Below are positions 43,421-56,400 of a DNA stretch of 64,000 nt, in pieces (positions within the stretch are counted from its first letter, which is position 1; every line of letters starts with the position of its first letter). The notes under the pieces were generated by a model, which searched no databases, had not been told where the DNA came from, and saw nothing but the letters and a program-made list of their open reading frames with translations. Source of the stretch: Octopus vulgaris (lineage: Eukaryota); the NCBI GenBank assembly GCA_951406725.2, contig OX597833.1:48608001-48672000 (forward strand), written 5' to 3'. The position numbers and the translations under genes were made by a program.

Positions 43421-45304
43421 TTTGCTTATTGGTGTAATCTGATACGTGAAATACATAACTTGGCAATTTGGTAAGCAGAGAATTAAAAAAATAAATAGGA
43501 CTGAAATAAGTATTGGGGGTGAAGGTGAATGACCAAAACCTTCGAGGGTGGTACCCCAGCATGGCCACAACTCAACAAGTAAAACCAGTAAAAAAGTAAA
43601 ATAATAAAACAATATCATAATAAGCATTTTTCAAATCTACTTAACAGGTACCGAAGATCAACACATGTAACACCAAAATCTTACTTGTCGTTCATAAATG
43701 GATACAAGACTATTTATACAGAAAAGAGAAAAGAACTTGGTGAAATGGTTGAGAGGATGAATACAGGTAAGTACAGGGGCCAGACTAAGACCCCTAGAAA
43801 ACCTGAACCCTTAAAAAATGTTGGTGTCCCCCATATATAAGGAGTGGCTGTGTGGTAAGTAGCTTGTTTACCAACCACATGGTTCCAGGTTCAGTCCCAC
43901 TGCGCGGCACCTTGGGCAAGTGTCTTCTACTATAACCTTGGGCCGACCAAAGCCTTGTGAGTGGATTTGTTAGACGGAAACTGAAAGAAGCCCGTCATAT
44001 ATATGTATATATATATATATGCGTGTGTGTGTTTGTGTGTCTGTGTTTGTTCCCCCAACATCGCTTGACAACCGATGCTGGTGTGTTTATGTCCCTGTTA
44101 CTTAGCGGTTCGGCAAAAGAGACCGATAGAATAAGTACTGGGCTTACAAAAGAATAAGTCCCGGGGTCGAGTTGCTCGATTAAAGGCGGTGCTCCAGCAT
44201 GGCCGCAGTCAAATGACTGAAACAAGTAAAAGAGTAAAAGAGAGATATGTAATCCAAAATATAAACAATAATAAACCATTAAATCATCATCATCGTTTAA
44301 CGTCCGCTTTCCATGCTAGCATGGGTTGGACGATTTTGACTGGGGGCTGGCGAACCAGATAGCTGCACCAGGCTCCGATCTTGATCTGGCAGAGTTTCTA
44401 CAGCTGGATGCCCTTCCTAACACCAACCACTCCGAGAGTGTAGTGGGTGCTTTTTACGTGTCACCGGCACGGAGGCCAATCAGGCGGTACTGGCAACGAT
44501 CTCGCTCGAATCTTTTTACACATGCCACGGCACAGGTGCCAGTAAGGCAACGCTGGTAACGATCATGCTCGAATGGTGCCTTTTACGTGCCAGTTTGCCG
44601 CTCTGGCAACGACCACGCTTGGATGGTGCTCTTAGCACCCTACTAGCACGGGCACAATTGCCAGTAAGGCGACACTGGAAACGATCATACTCGAATGGTG
44701 CCTTTTATGTGCCACTGGCATGGAAGCCTAACAATAAGATGGAAAATAATTTTTATTTGTGTGTACTTCCACTACTTATATTTGAAAAGTTTTCTTCTAT
44801 TTCTTTTAATTGCAAAGTCTTTGGTCAGATCCTTACTTTGACACCATGAACTCTTCGAAATTATATTTCTGATCATGTAAACCACTTTGAATATAATTTT
44901 TGCAAGTTTAAAATGATTTCTTTTGTGCAATAAGCCATTTACTATTTCTGTGGTACTCCCCCCCCCCGACTGTCCACTTCTTTTGATGTTCTAAGTATGT
45001 GCTTATTTTGCTTAATGGTTAATCCAGTGCTGGGCAAATATCATCATTGATCAAGTGTCCGCTTATGCTTGCATGGATTAGATGATGTACATGGAGACAG
45101 ATTTTCTACAGCCAAACACCCTTCCTATTGTCAACCCTTAGCAAAGTAATATTTACCCATAGCTGGCTATGTTTTGACCGAAGTCTGGAAATGTGTGAGG
45201 GAAAACTGACCTTGTTTACGACTACCATGTGATGTTAGTAGCCCGCACTCTTAACCACTATACCATGTGTCCGAGTTCGATTCCAGGCAGTGACCTGAAT
45301 AATG

Positions 45305-45351
<47 letters not shown>

Positions 45352-45633
45352 CAGATACCAGGAAACCCCAAAATGGTAGAAATTCAAAAGATAGTGCTCA
45401 TGGGAACTGCTCATATCCTACACAAAATACTTTCTATGTAATCTCAAGTTTTAAAACAAACATAATTTTCGTATGTTTTTTTTAGGCATTCACTAGTACA
45501 ACACTAAGTACAAAACCAAATATATGGCACCCTAGGCATAACACCAACATGAACTTCCAACTTGTTGTCTCTTGAGGTCTCTGGGTGAGACTTGGAACCA
45601 TCTTGTGCAAATGTAAGGCAAAAGTCAAACATA

Positions 45634-45675
<42 letters not shown>

Positions 45676-48600
45676 CAATAACATGGAAAAATACCTTAGG
45701 AATGAGAACCTAGGTTCGAAATTTCCCCAAGACACCTGATGAAGGCTGGAGGGTATATCAGCCGAAATATTGTGTTAACAACAAACAAGATGAGGACAAA
45801 TATCCATCAAATGTAAATAATGTCTGCAAACAATGTTTCGTTTTTTTTTTTGTTTCTGTGCAAGTCACTTAATTCTTGTCTCTTCAGCCACCTACACAAT
45901 TTTTCCACAATAATAGTTCAGTGTACTCTTTGCCTATGAACCGATACTTTCAATTATTCAATGTTCTCATTTGTCCCTATTGTATGAAATGAAGTATATC
46001 ACTTAGTTTTGTGCTAGTATATCATTTAGTTTCATGCTAGAGCATGAGTTACCTCATGGTAACCTACTTTTGACTGTTGCTCAAATGTGTGTTGTTGGTA
46101 TTTTTTTACATCACAATTGTTGACATAATGACCTACTTTTTGTTTCACTTTGCTAACATTCTCAGAAGATATGATGGCCACAACTTCTACCTCATCCTAA
46201 TCCTGAAATGCCATGCAATTGATTCAATCACTGCTTTGCATGGATGAACAATTTTCAATTAACATACATGTTTAAACGAAAGCCAATTACAATACATCTT
46301 CTACTTAAACCAGTATATCACTGTTTAATGAGCTCCTCTCTCCTTTCTCTCACACACAAACAATCACATACACATAAGTGTTCTTAAATAGTGGAGACAG
46401 ATAAATAGACAGCACATAAGAGTAGTCTGCTTTAAAAGGTTGTACTAGTCTATAAAACTTTAAAAATATCAACAAGCTTGACTGAAATACCAGCTCTGTG
46501 ATACACATTTCTATAGTATTAGATTATATAACTTTTAAAGTGTTTGCTTTGTTAGGTTAGAGGGATAGAGAAATATTCACCATTGGAGGAAGTTTATTGT
46601 GTAAAGGTACAGTGAGTCATAGAAAGCTAAATGAGCTGTACAGGTGCTTGCTTAATCTTGGAAGTGCTTCTTGCAGGATCACCTTGAGTAAGCATTGGTG
46701 ATAAGGAGGATTATTTTAAAGTTGGTATTTATTCTCAGATAGCAATATGGTAAGTACAGGAGCTGTATTCAGAGTGTATATCACACAAAAGCAATCCTTT
46801 ACATACTTTCTTTGTAGATGATACTGTTGTGTGGTAATTAGTGGTTGTTTCAACTTAGCCCACATGTTGTAAGAAATGGTCTCCACTGCTACAGCTACAA
46901 TGATAATATGTAATCTTACATTTAAACTAAAGAGTGGATTAAACCATATTATATTCCATTTTCTAAATGTGAAACATTTGCCCCTGCTTAAGCGAGAAAC
47001 TGATCTTATAGAATATCAACTTTGCTCTCAAACATCATAATAATAAGAGGCAGCTTTATAAAGTTTTGCAATATCTGGAATTAAATTTTGTAACTTTGAA
47101 AGCTTTGTTAAATTTAATTAAAAAGTGCAGAGACATGCACTAGTTCCAAATTTTGGTTGAATTCAGTTCAGTTCCAATTTTCGTTTGGTTCCACTTAGAT
47201 ATATATATTTTGTGGGGTAGCATTGTGGAAGCTAAAGCAGTGACTCATAGAGATTAGATTTTGGATGCAAAACAAACAGCTTCTCAGGTGCAAAAAATAT
47301 GAGTTACAATGTGCAGTTTCCATACAAAAGATATAATTTTCCTTCAAATTTAATAAAAATGTCAAGATTATTTATAAATTTAATGCATAAACATGTTATT
47401 TTAAGTTCATTAAATGGTAAAGTACACGTGTCATTTTCAACATAGAATTTATTTTTTACTTGTGAAGTCAAGCATAGTTTTCTCCGTTTATTTTCATACT
47501 AAATTGTAAAAATTAATCAATACAAATAATTAATAATTAAAATAATAAACACTATTTCTTAGCACCAAATTTAGGACTCTGAATTATGTTAGAAAAATTA
47601 ATCAAATAAATAATAATTCAATAAATTAATTGAATTAGACACTGAAAATTTATAATTGTCAAATTTATTAGATGAAAAACATTTCTTATTTTTTACTTAA
47701 ATAATTTATAAAATGACTGTTTGCATTTGAATGATCGTTGACAGAGCGGCTATTCGAATATGATCATTACCAGTGTCGCCTTACTGGCACTTATGCCTGT
47801 ACTAGTAGGGTGCCAAGAACACCATCTGAGCGGGATCGTTGTGATCATTGCCAGAGCAGCCAACTGGCTCCGTACCCGTGGCACGTAAAAGGGCACCATT
47901 CAAGCGTGATCATTACCAACGTCGCTTCACTGGCACCTGTGTTGGTGGCACGTGTAAAAAGATTCGAGCGAGGTCATTACCAGTACCGCCTGACTGGCCC
48001 CCGTGCAGGTGGCACGTAAAAAGCACCCACTACACTCTCGGAGTGGTTGGTGTTAGGAAGGGCATCCAGCTGTAGAAACTCTGCCAGATCAAGACTGGAG
48101 ACTGGTGCAGCCATCTGGTTGCCAGCCCTCAGTCAAAACCGTCCAACCCATGCTAGCATGGAAAATGGACGTTAAATGATGATGATGAATATCAACAGAA
48201 CAAAACAAAATTCAAAATCTATTAAAAAGTTATCAAAAATTCATATGTATTGTTTTTTAGTTTTATTGATTTTTAAACTATTTACATAATTTTGTACTGT
48301 TATTGTTCTCAAATTTCTATCCCTGTTCCCGTGAGCATCATGCCTGAATGTAGCAAAGAACTTAACATCAACATTTTCTTCACACATTTTGAGTTCATTA
48401 GCATTTTTATATCATTGACATTTTGCTAATTATGAAATTTACTTCTTGACTATAGTTTACTAAAAAATACGTTTTCTGTTTGTAAGAAGCTTTGCCTGTA
48501 AAAAGAGTGGACTAGCAGGGAAAATAGGGCCATGGATATGACAATATTCTTAACAAATTGAATAGAAAAAAGTACAAGATGAGAGATAGAAGCTTTAAAA

Positions 48601-48797
48601 ATAGGTTGTGCAACCACTCATCTATATATATATACACTCACGGAGTGGTTGGCGTTAGGAAGGGCATCCAGCCGTAGAAACACTGCCAGATCTGACTGGG
48701 CCTGATGAAGCCTTCCAGCTTCACAGACCCCAGTTGAACCGTCCAACCCATGCTAGCATGGAGAACGGACGCTAAATGATGATGATGATGATGATGA

Positions 48798-48838
<41 letters not shown>

Positions 48839-50968
48839 AAGCTACGAAGAAATCACAAAAACTTATTCAGAGTTTCACATTCCTATTCGTCAAACAAACA
48901 GGAACGTGAAACTCTGAGTAACAGATTTTGTGATGTTTTGCAGCTTTATTAATAAAGCATTTTACTCTGTCTTTGGTATTCGAGTACTATTTTTTCCACC
49001 TTGTTTCACATTTATGTGCTTACTCTGTTATACATATATATATATATATATATCATCATCATCATCATCGTTTAACGTCCGCTTTCCGCGCTAGCACGGG
49101 TTGGACGGTTTGACCGGGTCTGGGAAGCCAGGGGCCACTCCAGGCTCCAGTCTGAATCTGGCAGAGTTTCTACGGCTGGATGCCCTTCCTAACGCCAACC
49201 ACTCCGTGAGTGGATTGGGTGCTTTTTACGTGCCACCTGCACAGGGGCCGGAGGGTCCGGCATCGTCACGATCGGTTCGAGCATTTTAACGTGTCAGCGG
49301 CACGGGGGCAACGAGGTCCGGGGTACTTTGGGGATCGGGGTACTTTGGGGATCCAGGGTACTTTGGGGATCCGGGGTACTTAGAATGGGTAGGGGGTATG
49401 TGGAATTGCTGCAGAAAGCAGCCCGGGTCTTTGTAGTCACAGCATATCTCCAGAGATCTCGGTCCTTCGCCATTGCCTCAGTGAGGCCCAATGCTCTGAG
49501 GTCATGCTTGACCACCTCATCCCATGTCTTCCTGGGTCTACCTCTCCCCCTGATACCTTCAACTGTTTGGGAGTGGCACTTCTTCACACATCTCTCTTCA
49601 TCCATCCGCAGCACATGACCATACCATCGCAAGCGTCGCTCTTGCACACCACATCTGATGCTTCTTATATCCAGCATTTCTCTCAGGATACTTACACTCT
49701 GTTTTGCGTGCACACTGACATTACACATCCAGCGGATCATGCTAGCTTCATTTCTTTCAAGTCTACGCATGTCTTCTGCAGTCACAGCCCATGTTTCATT
49801 ACCGTGAAGCATGGCAGTTCGCACACATGCATCATACAATCTACCTTTTGCTCTGAGGGAGAGGCCTTTTGTTGCCAGTAGGGGTAGGAGCTTTCTGAAC
49901 TTTGCCCAGGCTATTCGTATTCTAGTGGTGATATTCTCTGTGCATCCACCTCCGCTACTAACTTGGTCTCCCAGGTAGCGGAAACTATCAACTACTTCTA
50001 GTTTCTCTCCCTGGAGTGTGATGGAATCTGTTTTCTGAGTGTCTGTTGTGTCTATTGTCCCTGTGCATCTGCCGCACATGAAAGCTATCTTATCTGTTAA
50101 TTTCCCTTTAATGTTGCTGCACCTCTTATGTGTCCATAACTTACATTGGGTGCATCTTATGGAGTTTCTACCTGTACCTTTCCTACAGGTTGAGCAGGGC
50201 CACCTACCCGAGGGGATGTGTGTTGAGTACCTCTTGCTGCTTACTAATACTTTGGTCTTTGCTACATTTATTCTAAGGCCCTTTGATTCCAACCCTTGCT
50301 TCCACACCCGAAATTTCTCTTCTAGTTCCGGTAGTGATTCTGCTATGAGAGCTAGGTCATCGGCATAGAGGAGCTCCCAGGGGCATCCCGTTTTGAATTC
50401 CTCTGTTATTGCCTGAAGGACTATGATGAATAAAAGGGGACTGAGGGCTGAGCCCTGGTGCACACCTACTTCTACTCGGAATTCTTCACTATATTCGTTG
50501 CCAATCCTAACCTTGCTAACAGCCTCTCTGTATAGAGCCTGTACAGCCCTTATTAGCCATTCTTCAATCTCCAGTTTCCGCATCGACCACCAGATAAGGG
50601 AACGGGGAACCCTGTCAAAGGCTTTCTCCAAGTCTACAAAAGCTATGTAGAGGGGTTTATCTTTAGCTAGGTACTTATATATATATATTATTTATGCTCC
50701 CTTTTCAAGCCTAGCCAGGCTCATGGGCCCAGTTTTCCAGTTTCTATGGCGTATGTGTTCCCCCCAGCTGAAGAAAGAGTGAGAGAAAGTTGGGGTGAAA
50801 GAATACAACAGGGGTCGCCCCCCCCATCCTTGCCAGAACCTCGTGGAGCTTTAGGTGTTTTCGCTCAACAAAGACACACAACACCTGGTCTAGGAATCAA
50901 AACTGCGATCCTCCGACTGTGAGTCCGCTGCCCTAACCACTGGGCCATTGCGCCACCACACACACACA

Positions 50969-51002
<34 letters not shown>

Positions 51003-53109
51003 AATATATATGCATACACATATACAGATTCAGTCAATTCAAATAAATGAATAACAAGATGAAAGCAAGAATGAACGTGAGGATGTGCACAATAAATGTA
51101 TTAGCTTCTCGCTTGGTGAAAAGAGAGAGTTTGACATTTTGAGCATAGCTCTTCATTGGAAAGGAGAAAGGGAAAAGTCCAAAGAAGGAAAAGAAATCAC
51201 CAACACATGTAGTTACATCCTCTATATATATTATACACATAGATACACACACACACACATATGTATACATGTATGCTCATACATATGTGTATGTATGTCC
51301 ATGTCTGTGAGTGTGTGTTTGTAAATATAATAGTGCTAATAAAATCTGCATTTTTTTTTCCTTTCACCTTTTCAGTTTTAAAAAATGTATTAATTTGGAT
51401 TTTTCTGTATGAGAATTATTGTAATTAAGTTTTCAAAATGATTTGTTATAGGTTTGGAGAAGTTAATAGAAGCCTCTCTCACAGTTGTTGACCTCAAGAA
51501 ACAGCTGGTGGTGAAAGAGAAGGAGCTTACTGTGGCTACCGAGAAAGCTGAAATGGTGTTAAAAGAAGTTACTGAGAAAGCAAAAGCCACCGAACAAAGT
51601 AAAAACAAGGTGCAGAAAGTTAAAGACATTGCTCAACAAATAGTAGATAGCATTGCTACTGATAAAAACATAGCCATGGAAAAACTAGAAGCTGCTCGTC
51701 CAGCCCTGGAAGAGGCAGAGGCAGCTTTAAATACGATACATCCAGCTGATATTGCTACTGTCAGAAAACTTGGCCGCCCACCACATCTGATTATGCGGAT
51801 TATGGATTGTGTGCTGATACTCTTCCGCAAGAAACTAGACCTGGTTGTGACTGATTCAGAAAAACCAGGGTTCTTGAAACCGTCATGGGGAGAAACATTA
51901 AAAGTACTGTTATTTTCATTTTGCTTTCATATATTTTGCTAAATCTTTTTGCTTTCATGAAAATATACTTTTTTATTGATTTATTTTTTTTACAGCATAG
52001 TTGTACTGTTGCCCTGTAAATGGTTGTAAACCCCTATTTGTAATGTGCTGTTGATCATTTGTTTAACCCTTTTGTTACTAACCCGGCTGAAACTGGCTCT
52101 GGTTCTGAGTACAAATGTTTTGTTTACATAAGTTTTGAACTAAAATCTTCCACTAAACCTTAGTCACAATTTATGTTCCTAACACTAGTTGAATGATAAC
52201 TAAGTTATTTTACTAAATTCTTTGTTATATTTAAAGTAATTGAAAGAAACAGAGAGCATCTCAAAATAAATACAGTAACAAAAGGGTTAATGCTTTATTA
52301 ATTCTTTTTACTAGTGAGTTCAAATTCCACTGAGGTCGACTTTGCCTTTCATCCTTTTGGGGTCGATAAATTAAGTACCAGTTACGCACTGGGGTCGATG
52401 TAATTGACTTAATACCTATGTCTGTCTTTGTTTGTCCCCTCTATGTTTAACCCCTTGTGGGTAATAAAGAAATAGGTACAAGGCCTGAAATTTGGGAGAA
52501 GCGGGAAGGTAGGTGATTACATTGCCACCAGTGCCTGACTGAAACTGTATTTTGTTGACCTCAAAAGGGAGACAGGCACAGTTGACCTTGACAACATTTG
52601 AACTCAGGATGTAAAGTTGGAAGGAATGCCTCTAAGCATTTCGTTCAACCTGTTAATGGCTCTGCCAGCTTGCTGCTTGGTGAGCTGGCGAAATGCTTAG
52701 TGGTATTTTGTCTACCGCATGCCAGGTGAAATGCTGAGCAGTATTTTGTCTGCTGTTACATTCTAAGTTCAAATTCTGCCGAGGTTGACTTTGCCTTTCA
52801 TTCTTTCGGGGTCGATAAATTAAGTACCAGTTACACACTGGGGTCAATGTAATCGACTTAATCACTTTGTCTGTCCTTGTTTGTCCCCTTTATGTTTAGC
52901 CCCTTGCGGGCAATAAAGAAATGAGAATTGTCAATACACCAGGCAAAATATTTAGCAGTATTTCGTTCTGAGTTAAAATTCCACTGAGGTTGACTTTACC
53001 CTTCATCCTTTCAAGGTCGATAAATTAAGTACCAATCAAATACTGGGATTGATGCAATCGACTTACTCTCTCCCCACAAATTTCAAGCTTTGTACTTATA
53101 TTAGAAAGG

Positions 53110-53158
<49 letters not shown>

Positions 53159-53367
53159 GGTGGCAAGCTGGCAGAATTGTTAGCATGCCAGGCAAAATTC
53201 TTAGCAGCATTTCATCCATCTTTACATTCCAAGTTCAAATTCCACTGAGGTCAACTTTGCCTTCCATCCTTTCAAGGTCAATAAAATAAGTACCAGTTGA
53301 GTACTGAGGTCAATGTAATCAACTACCCCCCTCCCCAATTTTGGGCCTTGTGCCTATAGTAGAAAGG

Positions 53368-53412
<45 letters not shown>

Positions 53413-56400
53413 TCTAATGTTCAGTCTTAACTTGCAAATCATCAGTGTCATTAAACTCTGAGCATTACTGTCTCAAGTTCAAGGACTTGTGGGGACAGTT
53501 ACCCTGTTTCCATGTCCCATAGATATTTGAGATCTCAACATGCCCCTGGATAGGACACTAGTTCATCGCAGGGTTACTCATTTACAGATCAGTGGACTGG
53601 AGTAACATTGACTGAAGTATTTTGCTTTGCTCAAGAACACAATGCCCCACCCAGTTCTGGGAATTGACACCATGATGATGTGACTGCAAGCATTTTGTCC
53701 GTCTTTACATTCTGAACTCAAATTCTGCCTTCACCACTATGTCATCTAGCTTTCCACCACAATATTAGTATCAGTTATCACCACACCAGACCCTATCACC
53801 TACTGTCATCATCAGTGTCACCACCAGTTTTCCTGTTGGTCACCACCAGTATCTGTTTGTTGGTCTACATCTCATACTGGTTTCAGTATCTTTAATCTAT
53901 ATTCACTCTACATGCCAATCATCAATCGTCATCGTCTTCGTCTTCTTCATCATCATCATTGTTATTATTTCTGGAATGAGATGATTGTATGTAGCTGTGT
54001 TGGATACTGATGTTTTGGCATAGCTGGAGTAGACATTCAGCCTGTTTTGGCCATGGTACTTTTTGGCACTTGGGGCAAACACACTCACACACACACACAC
54101 ACACTCATATATATAGGTATTTGTAAAGGTAAAAGTTTAATAATCACAGATGATTATCTTAATGACTTGTAGGAAAATGATATTTTGTTATGCAACCATA
54201 GTATACGATAAAACAAATTAAACATTTTTTATAAGCCAATACTGTGTTTTCCTGTGTTAGCAGTGTGCAAGATAATTATCTATTTGTTGTTTAAATGTTT
54301 CTGATAATTTCTTCCATTTTTACTCTTTCTTTTGTGTTAAGATGATGAGCGGTGCTGGTATGCTGCAAAGTCTAATGTCTTTTCCCAAAGATTCCATAAA
54401 TGACGAAATGGTTGAACTATTACAACCATATTTAAAAATGGAAGATTATAATTTAGAAGTGGCGAAAAAGGTATGTGGAAATGTTGCCGGATTACTATCT
54501 TGGACGAAAGCTATGGCTTATTTCTTTGAAATTAACAAGGAAGTCCTACCTCTTAAGGTTAGTTTTTCATATCTTCTTCATTTTTCTGCACATATGTATT
54601 TTGACACTGATATACAATAAGATATATAATATTTACTCCATTAGCACTGATGAGTTTTGATTAAGAACTGAAATATGTATGTACGCAATATAAATACGTA
54701 CAAACATTTGTATGCATGTGTGCTTGTGTGTACATATAAATATATATGTGTATATATAAATTATATATATATAGTAATAAAGGGTATGGAGACTTGTACA
54801 TCCACAAAATTCATCTTATAGTTATATACAGCATATTATAATGACCTACACATGTTTCCACTGCAGTGAATACTCACTGTTGCAACTGTAACATTGCAAT
54901 ATTTTTGGTGCAGCTTCATTAGGGTCCGTTCATTTGATCATGCTTAATGTGTGTATGTGTAAGCATTCTTTGTCTCACAGATACAATTCAATGTCAAAGA
55001 GTCAGTTCATTTTCATAACTATAACAAGCTATAACAAGTTATACATAATGTAATGACTAATCAATCTCATTCATCTCTTCTTCTTAATTGTTTGATCTCC
55101 ATTACAGGACAATCTGGCAGTGCAAGAGGCCAAACTTCAATCGGCCAATGCTGACCTCATGAAAGCAGAAGACCAACTGAGCGTCCAAGTTGCTAAACTT
55201 AATGCAGTCAAAATTGACTATGACCGAGCTATGGTTGAGAAACAAGTGAGGAGTCATTAATTACATTAATTAATTTTTTTTATTCTTTTCCTTTTCCTTT
55301 CTTTATTTTATCTTGAAAGTTATTTGGCAACCTCACTAGTGCTGGTGTTGTGAAAAACTCTTCCGGTACAGACTGTAAAGGGGGTGGCATTAGGAAGGGC
55401 ATCAAGCCATAGTAAACCATGCCAAAGATATCATAGGGACTGGATGCAGTTCTGTTGCTCATTGGACCCTGTCAAACCATTCAACCCATGCCAGCATGGA
55501 AGTTGGATGTTAAATGATGATTATTTCTTTATTGCCCACAGGGGGCTAAACATATAGGGGACAAACAAGGACAGACAAGGGGATTAAGTCGATTATATCA
55601 ACCCCTGTGATTAACTGGTACTTATTTAAATCGACCTCGAAAGGGTGAAAGGCAAAGTTGACCTCGGCGGAATTTGAACTCAGAACATAAAGACAGACGA
55701 AATACCTATTTCTTTACTACTCACAAGGGGCTAAACATAGAGGGGACAAACAAGGACAGACAAGGAGATTAAGTCGATTATATCGACCCCTATGATTAAC
55801 TGGTACATATTTAATCGACCTTGAAAGGATGAAAGGCAAAGTCGACCTCAGCGGAAATTGAACTCAGAATGTAACTGCAGACAAAGTACCGCTAGGCATT
55901 TCGCTCGGTATGCTAATGTTTCTGCTAGCTCACCACCTTGGATGTTAAATGATGATGATAGCAATGATACTTACCCAACTGATGAAAGTCTTGGCCTGAT
56001 ATATCAGATCACTCTTTTCCCTCATAGCAAACTTACTTATGTCAGTTGCAAAGTGCTGACATTTAGTATTTGTTAACACAAAGGCAGTGAGCTGGTAGCT
56101 CTGTGGAGGCGCAATGGCCCAGTGGTTAGGGCAGTGGGCTTGCGGTCAGAGGATTGCGGTTTCAATTCCCAGACCAGGCATTGTGTGTGTTTATTGAGCG
56201 AAAACACCTAAAGCTCCCCGAGGCTCCGGCAGGGGGTGGCAGCGGCTCCTGTTGTACTCTTTCACCACAACTTTCTCTCATTCTCTCTTCGTGTTTCTTG
56301 AGTAACACTGCGATGGACTGGTGTCCTGTCTAGCTGGTTGGGAACACATATGCCACAGAAACTGTGAAACCGAGCCCATGAGCCTGGCTAGGCTTGAAAA

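Noticed and set aside
53903-54104. Antisense acidic ORF shared by the two direct repeats (also 57285-57503)
   Set aside because: Starts in a (GT)n tract, the acidic run is a (GAT)n microsatellite, stops differ between copies, and no recognisable domain.
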